Source: Raillietiella orientalis
Taxonomy: Eukaryota
Direction: 5' to 3'
Assembly: GCA_036172245.1 (NCBI GenBank)
Contig: JAYWIR010000015.1
Coordinates: 1,488,001 to 1,552,000, forward strand
DNA length: 64,000 nt
Both the position numbers and the translations under genes were made by a program. Below the pieces are notes generated by a model. The model saw nothing but the letters and a program-made list of their open reading frames with translations. It was not told where the DNA came from and made no database searches. Every line of letters begins with the position of its first letter. Within the stretch, counting starts at the first letter, position 1. Below are positions 14,601-28,239 of the stretch, in pieces.

Positions 14601-17600
14601 GTCGTGTTTCCTTTTTTTTTTTTTTTTTTTTTTTTTCTCTTTACCCATTTGCTGCACCTCGTGACATGCTGGTCCTGTTTTTCCCTTTTCGGTTATTCCC
14701 AAAATTTGAAAATGGCATTCCGAGTTCCGCAGATAGGGAAATCAATGTTTTTTTTTCTTTTTTTTTTTGAAGAACAGGTGAGATGTGGAGCTGTGGATCA
14801 CGGGGGAAGGGAAATAGGCCCGCGCTTCGGATGCAAGAGAGAGTGCAGGGTGTTGACATTAAAGCCACGAAGCAGAGTGCATCCGGAGGCACACCAAGAC
14901 ATTGCCAGAGACCTTCCTGCCAAGCGGCCGAGCGCTGCACCGCTGCTGCTGTCGCATGAAAATTCAGGAGCGACATTCGAGGACACGCATTTGGATGTCG
15001 TCGACCTCGACCAGAAGTCGCCCAAGACACGTTGTCGGATCAGCCCGGTGGGGAAGACCGACTGGAGGATCAGGAGGAGGAAGGAAGGATCCGCCCGCCT
15101 TTGCACTCGAACCGAGCAGAGGTGGAAGAGCACCTGTGGTGCTTCCGGGAGCCGCTCGTCGGCAGACGCGGAAACGGACGCTGCTTCGCGAGTCGCGTCC
15201 GGACCAATCTGGCGATGGAGCGGATGGCGCGGAAACGTTTCCCGGGAATCAATCAGAGGCACAGTGTCGGGAAGTCAGGCGGTCAGGACTTTGCCGCCGT
15301 GCACATTTCACTGCGGGCAGGAAGCGGAACGCATCTTGGAACATCCGGAAGCGCTGCTCGTCAGCCTCTTTGTGCTGTTGGTCTTGTGGGTTCGGGCTAG
15401 GAATCCACAAAATCATAATAAAGGCAGCAGTCGTAAAGCAATCTGTGGAATGTGAAAGCAGGCGAAACTCTTTGTTTGGATACGATTGCGGATCGGGGAG
15501 AGGAAAGGTGAAAGCACTCTGGAGCCGAACGTGAAAAGTGTAGGAAAAGAGTCGGATCGCTGTCCCCGACTTCCGATTTCGGGGGCTTTCGATCGAAAAG
15601 CGAATCCAAAGGGGGAAGGGGGGGGCTTGCGCGTTGGGTATTTTGTGTGAGGCAGTGGGCGCGGGACGCACGCCGCTTTAAAATCCGCTCCCGTCCGAGA
15701 AGCGGGAAGGATGCTGGGAACGACCGGCAGGGGTCTCCAGTGCGAGGTGGCAGGTTTCACTCCCGGGACAGGCGTTTCACCACTCCCGGGACGGCAGGGT
15801 CCGGATCGATGAGTAGGGGCGAACGCATTGTGGACTGTTCTCTGATTGTGGCGTTCTTGAAGTGTACGATGGCCGCATGGTGGCATCAGCAGGATTTATT
15901 GAGCTGCATCCGGTCACGAGTTGCGTTCTGCACCTCTGACATCTATCAGGAAGTCTGGAAGTTACGGCCTTTATGTGACGATCTGTCCTGCTGCAGAAAG
16001 GCGATTATTAGCTGTTGTTCGATGACATCGGCCGAAAACGATCTGTTCCTGAAAGATTATTTTCAGCCAACTTTGTGTACAGTACCATGAAGGAAACAGA
16101 AGGAGACTGACTGCATGAGCCCGTGCACAGAGGCACGAAAGTGTGTTGCACACACCATGGATGGAAGGGGATCCGTTCGCGTTCCCGTCTTCGGGTCTGA
16201 TCGATACACAAAGCACACGACACTCCACTCTTCGCACGATTTGTTTCCGGTCCTTGTTAAAATCTCCTGTTAACGCTTCCCAGGGTTTCGGAAACCAGCG
16301 TCCGTCCCGTTCAAATTGGATAGAGCTTACTCTTTCTCCTCAACGTCAGTCTCGTGCAGCTATTCCTCTGTCGCTTTCTCAACACCGGTACGCATCTGGG
16401 GTTCCCTTCCATGAAGTCGGACAACCCGGGCACTTCGGTAAATCCATCTTCGGGAAAGTCGATGATGCATGCAGCTTCCAAAGTCGAAGCTCCAATTGGC
16501 GGCGGGAAAAAAAAGGAAAAAAAAAAAAAACCTGGCTGCGCAGCTTCGGATCCTCATCCAGCACTTCTTTATGGCGTGTAGGCGCCGCTGCAGGTTCTGG
16601 AAATTCAAGCCGTCCGCATCGTGAGAAGAGGAAATGACGTTTACACGAGGACGGAAAGGTGAATTCTACAGGAGGGAACGATGCCGGCGAGTTGGTGCCG
16701 GCTCGATCCAGGAACGGGGACTGAGCCCTCTATCGAGCGCTGCATCTGCAAGGAAACAAACTCTTTGTTTCCTTGGTCGCTGCTTGCGGCTTCGGAGCCC
16801 TCCGTGGGGGTGGTGAACGGGCGAACTCGGGACAGCGAGTTTGGATGAGAATTAGCCTCATTTAGAGACCCACTGGGTTTCTCTTGGAAAGGGAAGCAGA
16901 TGAAATCCAGGAGGACGCTTCTGAAAACTAATGGGATGCGCTTTCGCGACGGTCGTAAGGCCAGAAGAAGCTTCGCCCGATCATTGGTGGACCGCCGAGT
17001 GCAGAGCCGTAAAGGAAGCGTCGGTGCGCAAAGGTTTTTTTTTTTCCATCCCGTTTCCTTGTGCACTTCTCGTCACTTCGTGGAACGTGGAGGCGTTTCA
17101 GATCCTTGGGATCGTATCGCCGGCGTTAGCGATTTGCTTCCGTTCCGGTTTCCTTGGCAATGGCAAGTCACCGGAAGCGGATCCCAGTGGAGCGCAGATG
17201 CCCACGCGTGTACACACGAATGTCGGATCCCCACGCACGCCTATGGGATACAAACGCGAACGTATTTTTCCTCCAACCCTCCGCTCCAACCGCGTCGTAC
17301 GGATGGCCTTCTGGAACCGTGGATCCACGCTTCCCCCTTGCTCCTGCGCGAGCCTGGCCACGCTGTTTTCGGGATCCCCGTTTCGGCCTCTTCTCCGCGC
17401 TGGAGGGGGGGGGGGGGGGGGGAGGTTCGTAGTTCCTCTGCAACCGCATTCGGTGGAGCCGAGCGGATGCACGGGAAGGATGGATGTTGGTCCGTGTCAG
17501 GAGCCGTGTCTCCCTATACCTTCCGGACACCGAACGAAGTTTCCGAACATCAGGCCGTGCGTGTCGGCCGTTCTCGCAGGCTCTCCTGTGTTCTTCTGGA

Positions 17601-18879
17601 ACCCGAACAACGCGCAACGCACGTGTCGCTTGCTGATGGCGCACCCTGATCGTCTGAGGCAGGCACGCGTAATCCCGTTTCCCTCTCATCTAGTCGGAAG
17701 CGTTCGTATTACAGCGTGAATTACGCTGTTCATCCCCACAGGGCTCCTCTTACTGTCCAACCGTTCACTTTCCTCGTTCGTAGTGTTTGCTTTACATTGC
17801 GAATGTTTAAAAACTCCCCCAAGTACCAGCAAGCAATTGCGTGCCTTGCAAGAACAGACAATGGAACTTTGATGCCTATGCGGATCGCACATGATCTTTG
17901 TGAGCCATCGACCCGTTTCTTCTTCTTGTCCTTTTTTGTTTCGTCTGTTTTTGTTTTCCTTGTTCTGTTTTTGCGTGCCATGCACCACTTTTAACATCGG
18001 AATCAGCAGTTGTTTACGTCTACCATCGCGTTGTTTATAGCCCAGAATCCACTGTTGATCTTCAAATGCGATGTGCTGATGGCAGTGCATCCTCGATCGA
18101 GTGAAGTAAATGAGCAACCATCCCGTTATTAAGGTGTTTCATTTTCTTTGCCACACCTCAGTCCACTTCAAACCAAGGTCTGCCACGGAGATTCCCACGT
18201 GCTGCGGTGGTTCTCCAAGTCTCAAAGTGTTCCTCGAACGATTCGTTGCTGTCAACTGTTTCGCCGATCTTTTGAAACTCGACGTCGCCAGCTCGATTAG
18301 AAAGGCTTCCCTTCGGGTTGCGGTTGCCCCGAAGATCTGTTCTGGATGCCTTAGAGGGTCTCCGGTTTCTTCGCGACGCTCCATGGGTTCCCTGCGGGCT
18401 CGCATCCGAAGAACCGTCCGCTTGTCGAAGCCACCTAAAGTTCGGCCACCCAAGATTCGCATGGGCTCGAGGACCACTTCAACGCGAGCGTGTGAGCGAT
18501 GGGAGACGTGGAGGGAAAAAGATCCCTCTGGAGATCTGCGCCCGTTCCCTAAGCAGTCCGAGTACGTCCGTGCTGCATTGCGCTCGGTGGTAGCGGCGCG
18601 AAGGATCAGTGGAAGCTTTCGGTTAAAGATCTTTCAAAGCATCCGGCAGTCGGATGCCACGCGTGCCTTGCTGGTGCATGTGGCACCTAACGAAAAGGGG
18701 GTCGAAACGGCACCAGCACAACTCTTGCGCGAGCTGCAGCTGCATGGTTGCACAAATGCAAGCCAATTTCTGGAAAGGGAAGGGCAAAAAGAGAGGAAAC
18801 GCAAAGACGGGCATCCGTTGTGACACTTTCAGACCTGCCATTTCGTAGACATTGTAAAAGACTGTAGGACGTTTTCTAG

Positions 18880-19061
18880 AGTCTTGGATGCTGAGTCCTG
18901 GATGCGGGCAGGAAGGAATTTCGACGTCATCATGTGTCTGAATGTCCTGGACCGTTGCAGTACCCCCTTGACGATGTTGGCAAACATACGCTCCGCCCTC
19001 CATCCTGGTGCTTTCGTGGTCGTAGCGTTGGTGATTCCGTTTGAAGCTTACGTAGAATCAA
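18880..19061 (+). CDS. METTL9: METTL9 coding exon (penultimate)
   Basis: Acceptor ttttctag at 18879, in phase with the previous exon (CG|A = Arg). Translates VLDAESW...FDVIMCLNVLDRCSTPLTMLANIRSALHPGAFVVVALVIPFEAYVES, matching METTL9 '[20 protein letters not shown]...LALVLPFHPYVE'. Donor gtaggc at 19062. Confidence 0.93.
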
Positions 19062-19111
19062 GTAGGCAATCTTTTTATCTGATCCTGACCAACTCTGCCG
19101 TTCTTTCACAG

Positions 19112-19320
19112 ATCCACCTTCTCACAAACCTTTGGAGATTTTTCCGGTGATAGGCAAGACTTTCGAAGAGCAAGCCGAAAGCATAAGAGAGCAGCTGGTC
19201 TCCCATCTGGAGTGCAGCTTAGTGAGCTGGACCAAAGTTCCCTATCTCTGTCATGGAGACCTGAAACAGTCTTCATACCTGCTAGAGGACGCTGTGTTTG
19301 TGTTTCGAAAAGAATCTTAG
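19112..19320 (+). CDS. METTL9: METTL9 terminal coding exon
   Basis: Follows a 50-nt intron (19062-19111). Translates PPSHKPLEIFPVIGKTFEEQ...WTKVPYLCHGDLKQSSYLLEDAVFVFRKES*, matching the METTL9 C-terminus 'TRLPYLCEGD..YYVLDDAVFVL'. Confidence 0.93.
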
Positions 19321-19444
19321 CATTCATTTCATTTTATTTTTTGTCGAATTTTATTATTCTCGCTCTCTCTCTTTTATTTCGGAGTGCGCACGCAGCCAAC
19401 GCGTCACGAATGCCGTTTTAACACTCCCTGCAGTTTGTCTTTTT

Positions 19445-19469
19445 TTCTTCTTCTTCTTCTTCTTCTTCT
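19445..19469. repeat. (TTC)n microsatellite in the presumptive METTL9 3' UTR
   Basis: About 8 TTC units, 125 nt after the stop. Confidence 0.9.
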
Positions 19470-22400
19470 GTTTCTCGTTGCGTTTTTTCATGTTCTTAAA
19501 ACAGCTCTTAACAGCAGTTGCCTGATTGCCCGCTCTAACGTACGTCGAGAACTATTATCCATTACAATTACGATAAGTAACAGCAACGATAAGTGATGTG
19601 GTGTAGGAGCACCATGCAAATACTCGCCTTAGAGGCGAACACTTTCTCAGAGTAATATGGATTATTATAGCCTGAGATCATAATATCTGTTAGAGACGCT
19701 GTGCTTTGATAAGCACATCCGTAAGTGTTGACTTACATTAAGTTTGAAATCCAAGAAATTCCGCATGCGTGTGGCTCACTCAGTGCCCACGCCGAACTTT
19801 GCCAGGGATGTCGCGGTCATCTCCAGTCAGCAGACTGTTTTATCGGTCAAAACTTTTTTTTTTTTTTTTTCTTTTGCGCACGTACGTTGCAGCATCAAAA
19901 AGCAGCCTTTTGGAAGTCGATGTGGATCCACCGAAGGCGTGCGCTCGGAAGCACTGGATCTTGGCCGGCATCAGATGCTTCTTGAGATTGCTTTTGCAAA
20001 GATGTCGGGGACGAAAGCTTCGAGCACGTGCAGAAAGCATTTGTTCCCGATCCGTGGACGCTGACTCGTTGCCGGATGCTGCAACTTTCGAAAACAGAAG
20101 GCACGGCCTCGGTTCTCCATCATGTTCTTGTCGCAGCGACTCCCCGACCGGTGGACCGGAAGGGGAGTGGCCACCACTCTGTGGTCCTCCGGTCCATTTC
20201 GAGTTCAGCGCGGCGGATTTTCCACGGAGACCCGAGAGGTTCTGTGGACGAGGGTTCGTCGGACTGTTATGCTGGGGCACCAAAGTCCGACGTCGCAGCG
20301 GTTCCAGGGACGGCTGAAGACACGGGACGGCAGCGCACGCACCGTGGTGCGCGAGTCGCCCGTCCTCCTCGAAACGGCGACTCGGTTCGCCCGAGAGCCT
20401 GCGGCACGCGTCCCCGTGACTTACGTGCCGAGTCGCAGGTGGGTCCAGGATTCATTCCCCCTCCCCCCCCCCCCCGCCACGCGGTTGTCCTGCTTGCGCC
20501 TCCGAGCGTCCCCCCAGCCCGAGAACCATTCGGGTCCGCGCGGCGCGTGCGAATCGCGGACTCTCCCGGAACCGTCCCCGACCGCTCTCGCCTCCTTGTT
20601 GTGCATTCTGCAGCCTGCGGATCCCGCCCGTGCGTTTAATAAGTTTGCATCTTATCGTCATTCCGCTCGGCTCTTCGGAGGGGTTGTTCCTTCTTCCCTT
20701 TGCGCTTTTTGTCTGGAAGCTCTTCGTCCTTCGAATTTATGGTCGTGTTTAGCTCATGCGGAAGAAGTGCCGAAATTTTGAATTATTCCTCCGATCGCTC
20801 CTTCCAATTTATGCTCTCGTTTTGCCGAGTGTGTCCAGATGCAAATTTTCCTTCGCATCCCACCACCACCGTGTGCATGGCAACAGGCGAAGGAAGAACG
20901 GGCGGGCGAGTCCTTCCTGGAAGTCGGAAAAATCATCGGCGACAGCATCGTAACCGTCGCCTTCCGCGGGAGTTCCCGAAAGAGGAGCGCGTGGAGGCGA
21001 AGAACACGGCCTGGAAGCTGCCTCGGGAATCCCGCGAGCGAAAGAGGGAGGCGAAGAGGAACCGAAAGCGGTTCTTTGGCCTTCTTTTGTTCCTCCTCGT
21101 TCGGATGATGCGATGCATTCGGACATCTGGCGATTTCTTATGTGGTCCCCGCTCATTGTGTTGAGCGAGTCGATTTCCCTCGAACGGAATTTCAGGCTGC
21201 GGATTTTTCATGCCCGTCGCAAGGAAGTCGTAAACAAACACGCAGAGAGCGGAGCACAAAGACAGAGGATGTTTTTATTTAAAAGCCGAGCAGATTCTGA
21301 TTGGAAAGCGAGATCTGTCGGAGGTGGCGAAAGCACTGGCCGATGGCCATGATGAACGTAATTGTGCCTCGAGTCTTCCAAATTTAATCGGCACCACGTG
21401 CTGAAACAGTACGACCCGATCTATTAATAATGATGGAGGCAGACGCAGGCTAGTGATGCAGTCCTTCTTCAAAAGGGGGAGGGGGGGGGATTCTCCAACC
21501 CTTAGAAACAGAACGAATCTGCAACCGTCTGCTTGCACGGGAAATCCGAAGTTATTGCTGCCCGTCGCATACCTTGTCGCGGTTGCTGAGAGATGAACAC
21601 CAGGGAGATGCCAGAGGGATGCCGTGTGGATTCACCGCGGAGAAACCACCAGCTCGAGGAGAGACGGAGCGGGTCGTCCCCGCACGTCGGCGAGGCGCAC
21701 GGATCGGTTCCCGAGTCTGCCAACAGATGTCTGCCGCTTCCATCGAGGACACGCCCTGCCGTGCGCAGACAGAGAGGGGGGGGGGGGGGGGGAGCGCCAC
21801 CGTTTCACGTTCTGAAGCGAGTCGCGTGTGGAACCATCCTCCGAGAATGCTCCGTTTGCTTGCTTGCCGAAGCGAAGATGCTGTGCTCCTCTTTCCGCGC
21901 GGATGGAGGAAGCATTCCCGAATGTCGGTCCACAATCCGAAGAGAGCCTTAGATGCAGCAGGTCTTTTGCATCTACGCGATGGGATTTCCCTCGCGACGC
22001 TCCTCAGCTTTCGCTAAAAGCTTTCCATCAGTACCCGACGTGAATGGCAGTTTGGTAAGGAGAAGCGGCCATCGGAAGCGATGGACCACCATTCACCCCC
22101 ACGTGTTTTCTCATCTGCTGGCAGGTGGGAATCGTTAGGATGCGCATTGGCACTCCTTTCGGTCCGAGCTGCTTGGTACGCAAGCGTGTCGGCCCCTTTC
22201 GACGAGCGCGCCGAGTCCATCGTGACCCACGAGGCAAGCCGAGGACCCTCGGCCAGCGCCTCGAAGCCCGTGGCACGCATTTCACGCCCGTCCGACTTTC
22301 AGCCGCTCGACTGCGCGTCTCGCCAACTCGTCGTCTTCTCCCCCTTTGTCGTAGGAATCTTCAGGATGGAAGGTGCTCCGGGAGAAGGCCGCTTTATGGA

Positions 22401-25400
22401 TCCGGGAAGGATGCGGAAGGAGAAGTCCGTTCCTCTTGCGCTTGGGAAGGGGAAACCTCTTCTTTATTCTCTCCGGAGGGGGCGCTCCTGATTTCCACCT
22501 CTGAAGAGAACCCCCCGAAGAGACGCCTCCAAATTTCTCCGGAGGGCGCTACCCCCGAAGAGAGCAGCGCGCTCCTTGACGCTCGGAGTATCCCACCTGC
22601 TCCATTGTACGCTATGGAGCGCGGTTCCATTTTCGCAACTGGAGGGGAAGCCCCAAGGAATCCTTGGTTCCCGGAAATCCCGGAGATCAACTTGCGCTCT
22701 CGCACAGTCGACGGGGGGCACCCGGCTTCCACCAGTGCCAAAGCCTACGGGCCAACCTGCGTCATCCTGTGTGTGTGTGTGTGTGTGTGTGTTTTATACT
22801 TTACGGATGTGCATGCAGGTGTGATTTCGTGAGCCCTGCACCGACCCCTATCCTCCACCGCCTCCACCCCAGCGGGACAAAAACAAACGCGCTCCGTTCC
22901 ACGGCGATTTTGCAGGAGGCGCAAGCTGGGCGCCCCCCCCCCCCCCGGCTTCCGTGCTGCCGAGCGCCGCGGTCTCTTCCGACGGCTGCACCTGCGCCTT
23001 CGGCCATCTTGCGGAAGTCTGGGCGGCGGGTTCCCCGCAGCCAGAAGCGCGCCGGCGCGACTTCTGGTTCCTGTCGTCGGTTCGCAGCGTCCGGTTGTGC
23101 TTGCGGCCCTCCGCTTCCCGTTCGCGACCAGACCTTCGTGTTTCGCCTCTCCGGGACTCCCGCCGCGGCCCAAGACCGTGCGTGCGACTCCCCGCTCCTC
23201 CCCACTTCTTCGTCTCGGAAAGCGCGCGGGAGGAACCACCTGCGAGTTCTCCACGGCGGCGAAGCGCTCGAGGTGTTCCCCCCCCCCCCACACCCGGCGT
23301 TTCTGGCGTCTCTCTCAAGAGGCGGTTTCAAGTTCGCCTGAAGACGTTCGGCTGGTGCCCTCTGCAAGTTCTTCACCGTGCAGCTTCCGTGCTCCTTTTG
23401 TCTCGTGCGTTCTTCCCCTCCCCCAGGCTCGTTTCTTTCGCGCTTACGTCCATTTCCGGGGGAGGGGGACGAGCGATACTCCCCCCCCCACACACACATA
23501 CACACAGATCGCCTCCGTGTTCCTCTGGGACGCACTGTGGGAGGGAGCGCCTTCCGTGCCTCCACGCCGCCGAGTTGCGTCCTTCCGATCCCACGCGAAG
23601 GGTTCCCTCCTTCCTTCCCTCGTCGCATCCGATCTGCGATTCCGCAGCGCAGACTCGGATCCCGGAAGTGTTTCACGTGCCGCTTCGTTTCTCGGCGGGC
23701 TCGACGGGCGAACTGGAACGCACCCAAACACTCGCGCGAGATGCACGATTTGCTTCCTGATTGCGTACCGCCGACCTTTCTTTGAGTGAAGGATTCAATC
23801 ACGAGATCGTAAAGATAAGTCGGACGGCGCTCCGTCTTCCTTGTGGAGGAGAGCGGTCCTCCCTCCTCCGTGCACCAAGAATCAGATGGCGTTACAGCTG
23901 ACCTCGGCCGGCCGCACTGCCGTTACGAAAGGCTCTCCGCTGATGCCTTACGTCCATCAACTGGGCATCCAAGGATCCTCAAAAGTACCGAGACCGTTTT
24001 GATTTCGTTGCAGGGTCCCTCTGACGAGAGGACCGAAATCTCGATCTTATTTTTTTTTTTTCTTCTTCTTTCCTTGCTTATTCTGCCTGGCCAGGCAACG
24101 CAGTCACATCTGCTGCCGCCGCCGTTGTCTTGGAGCCGCGGCAGATCCCTTGCAAGGATCTTGAGTTATGTGCATTTGTAGGGGGAGGGGGGATTTTTGT
24201 CTTCCGCTGTCCTGTTTGGAGAAAGAATTTTCTCGGAAAGCAAAAAAAAAAACTTCCAGGTGGAACTTTCGGGATGCACAGGTCATTTCTTTCCGGCGCG
24301 CTTCCGCTTGCCCGCAAGACCCAAAGGGGGCAGAGCCCTTCTGCATCCCCATTTTCCAGCATTTCCAGCAGCATTCCCGCTTTCAGGGCACACTTAGCGC
24401 GGCACCGGATGCAGCCGCGATGAACCGGCGCGCACCCGGCGGACGAAAGGAACGAGGAAGGAATGCTAACCGAACCCAAGCACTTCCCTTCGTGGGTTCT
24501 GCTTCCCGGAATTCCAGATTTAATGCGCGTTGCCGTTATCCGACCACCGGACAGTGTGGATGAGATTTGCGCTCTAAAAGAAAAAAAAAAAAAAAAAAGC
24601 AGCTCGTAAACGGCGGCAGCCGCCTTCCGGTGCGAAGCGCCCTCGCGACCATGGCAACTTCTCCGACAGCTGACGTAAGGATTAAAAAAAAAAAAAAAAA
24701 ACAACAACTCGATTACGTTTATGAGCCGTGTCCTGGCACGGTCGGTGATGCAACGGGAACGAGCTGCCTGGGTTCCATGGGAACGTTGCATCCCTTCCCA
24801 TCCAGCGTCGTCTTCCCTGACGCGAGCCCCGCGGAGCAGTTCCACATCCGCGCTTCCCGAATTCGATTCTGCTTTCCCCGTCGGGTTTCGCCGAACTCTG
24901 CCTTTGAATCCAAGACTGGAGGAAGGAAGGACTCTGCGAATATGGGAGCAGCCCTCGTGGCAGCCGGAAGTCTGCGCAGGCGCCACCGTTTCTCTCTCCT
25001 CCCCCTCCCTCCCCCCCATGGAAGCGTTCGCAGGACTCTTCTTGCTCGTCGCGCGCGCGCACGCAGAGTCTTCCCGCACCTCCGACTGGCGCGGGAAGAA
25101 TTTCGCTCTCCCGGTTTGTCTCCTTCCCGGGTCTTGCAGAATATGGGAGTGTGCAACCCGGGATTCATCCTCCGTGACCTGCGCTTGTCGGGCCGGACTC
25201 TGTCAGGTCGCGTTGGCGTGTCTCGGCCGCCAATGAAGATCGGCACTCCTGAGTTACTTCCCCCCCCCCCCCCCACCTCCATCTAAACGCGGACGCGCCG
25301 CCGTGAACGTGAAATCGCCCCACGTGGTCCCCTGGGCCATCGAAACTTGACCCCAGTGCATGAATGGATGATGGCCCCCTTTGTGTGATCTTCCGCACGC

Positions 25401-27917
25401 ATTGGATGCTTGTCGGCCCGTTCGCCCGTTTCGGCAGGACGATTTTCCGGCTCGCCCGCTCGCCTCCTGCGGAACGCCCTTTCATCCCGTCTCGTCTCCG
25501 GGGCGCCGCTCGCGCCGTCGCAAAGTCGCAGAATCACTCCTGCAGAAGACTCTTTCCCGGGGAGCGCCCACGCCCTGTTCGAGCCTTGGCGCATGTCTTG
25601 CGGCTGGCTGCTCTCCGCACGCTCCTCGAAAGGTGGTCAGCCTGCAGTGGATCCGTCGTTCCGTCCATTTCCGGCACGCGCTTGCGGCTCTCCGAGTCGG
25701 CGCGTGCGGGAGCAGCGCAACCCATCCCGCAGGCGAGCGGATCCCGAGGCGAAAAAGCTGGCAGACCCCTTCGGCGTTGAGGAATCTCCAGCCAGAGGGG
25801 ACCCCGCGCCTTCCGCGCAAAGTGGCCTCGCGCCTTGGGAGAACGCAGCTGCTGGGACGAGCGGTCGCGCGGCAGCTGCAAGTGGTGGCGTCGGTCTTTC
25901 CCCGTTCCGCTCCTGCTCGCGCGTCTCTCCGCTTTGCTTTCTTTGCTTCCGTTGCCACAGGCGTTTCATCCCGCGCTTTCAATCGCGTCGGTCCGATTCT
26001 GCGCAGGACTGGAGTCTGGTTTTGCGGAGCGAAAAGCGTTGCCGGAGGCTAACCCCTCCCGAGAAAGTGGACGGAGTTCCCGTTCCTTAGCTGAAGCGCA
26101 TTCCTCCGCGGCGCGGTTTTCTGACCTCCTCGCGCCTTCTGGAAACTTCGTAGCTTTCTCCAGGGAAAAGAATGACGCAGCAATTGGATTCATAGTTTGA
26201 TTCGGGGTGGGGTGGGGGGCTTTTCGCTGCGACCCTGCGAGGCCTTTTCCAGCTCTCTGGAAGAGCCCATGAAGTACCGGAACCACTTGGGGATAATGGA
26301 AACGGGAATTATCGGGAGCCTGGAACCTCTGGAAGCTAATCGGGATTCTGATGCTGAGTCTCTGATGCTGTTGCTTCCTCGTTGTTGTTGCTGTGAGTGG
26401 TGCTCACAATCTTCCCTGCACGGACCAGGAACGGCGGTAGGCTTTTCTTCCTGGTTCCCAAGTCGAAGAATTCGATCGCACTCCCTGCTATGATCCCTGC
26501 TCGTTCCGTTGCTCGGTGACGAGGCGATACTTACCCTCCACTTGGCAACCTCCCATGCTGCGTTCCCAGAAAATCACGAAGATTCGCATCGTTCGAGCTG
26601 ACTGTCCGCAGGAAAGGCCCTCCTCTCCTTCGGCTCCGGTATGCGGCGACCCTTCTTGTTCGCCCCCCTCTGCGGTGCGGAAGCCAAACGCGGCGAGTGG
26701 ACGGTCAGCATTTCGAGCCCGGTCGCCGTCGGCAAAGGAGTGGCCGCATCAGTAATGCCCGCTAGAATCCTGGAGCGGCTCGGTTGCATGGGGCCTCGGT
26801 CAGCGGATGCAGATAATCTCTTGCCACTTCCGTGGTCCGGGACCTTGTGCTCTGGTGGCTCGAATGCTGCATCAGCAACCCAGCGACCTCACGAATCCTT
26901 CGGTCCCTTCGCGAATGTGACCACCCTCGACCGGGCCGTGATCGGTTGAACGCATGGCATGCAGGAAAGCCGACTCCGATATCTTTTCATTTGCACTCTT
27001 CTGGGGATGAAAGGGAAGCTGGACGCTGGACGCTCCAAAGGACGGCGCTGCACTTCCGATTGCGTCCGCGTTGGGCACATTTCTCTTGCCCGCTTCTTGG
27101 AAACTCTGTTGAGACATTTCCACCATGCATCGAGATGGGCTCTCCTCCTCTGTTTCAAAATGCTGCACATCTGGCGTGCGACCGGCGGGATGCGAGCGCC
27201 CTACTGCGTGGGTGGATGCGCGACGGTTTGCTCAAGTCCGTTTCGTCTGGAAAACACTCCCTCCCCCCCCCCCGGTCACGAATTTGCGTCCAGAAATGCA
27301 AGACATTTCTGGCCAACAGGGATGGTGCTGAATACCCAAGTTCGCATTGGACGATGCGGGAAGAAAAGCCACACAAGGGATTCCACGTGGTTGCCCGGAG
27401 ACCGTCCTAAAACTCGGATGACGTGCGCATGAGATATGAAAGCGACGCTCCGGATGGCAGGAACGGCAAGGAAAACCGAAAGAACGGGTGCTCCCTGCAT
27501 CCTTCCGTTTCCCGATGAAACCTTTTTTGCCGGAGCACACCAGGAGCGAAGTGGAGCTCCTCAAGAGCGATAGGCGTAGGCACAGACGAGTTCATCTCTC
27601 CGTTTCGGATTCCTCCGCCAGCCGGCCGAGTTCTGCTGAAAGTGCAGGGCGTGCTAGGGTGTTGAAAATATCTCTGGGGGAGCGAAAGAAAGGCTACACC
27701 TGGGAGGAAGGTGCCCGAAGTGGAATCGTTCCCGAATGGAAAGCTCAACTCATTCCAGAGTAATCCCGGGCTCATGTGCGGCTTGCGGCTTCCCTTTTCC
27801 CTCCCGAAATTCAAAGCATCTGATGGCTCTGATCTGAAGCAAAGGGAGACCCAGGACCGCTGCAGCAGTGATACTCACGGTTCGCGGAAAACTGTCAATG
27901 TGATCGCACAAACGCGT

Positions 27918-28115
27918 CGGCGGCCATGTGGCTGTCGTGCCTGCGCGTGGCACCGAGTGTTGCGGGTTCGAACCCTGCCCGGGGAAGGATCGGTGCGTCG
28001 AGAAATGGGTGCGTCATGAGTTTCGAATTCCCCCGGAAAGATGACGCTAGCTGGCTTATTCGGTGCGGCACTGGTTGACACCCGGTCACTCCGGGGCATT
28101 TATTTATAAAATAAA
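27918..28115 (+). mobile_element. tRNA-derived SINE-like element, copy 1
   Basis: A-box-like CGGCCATGTGG, B-box GGTTCGAACCC (27965-27975), a second B-box-like GTTTCGAATTCC (about 28020), and an A/T-rich end (tttatttataaaataaaaa). Aligns by eye over about 180 bp with 31655-31835. No intact cloverleaf. Confidence 0.6.
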
Positions 28116-28239
28116 AATACACGTCTGTGGCAGGACGTTTGCTCCTGCCACGTTACTTATAACTGCCGGGAACTGGCACGCAGGCCAGGGCGGTCCGCCT
28201 CGGCAACACAGGGAAAGGGAAGACAAACAGAAAGAAAAA

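Noticed and set aside
26527..26535. ATACTTACC resembling the U1 snRNA 5' end
   Set aside because: The sequence after it does not match U1. It is simply the reverse complement of a splice-donor consensus.
27918..27985. Functional tRNA gene (also 31655-31720)
   Set aside because: A B-box is present, but the acceptor and anticodon stems do not pair and similarity between the copies extends well beyond tRNA length, so these are treated as SINE-like.
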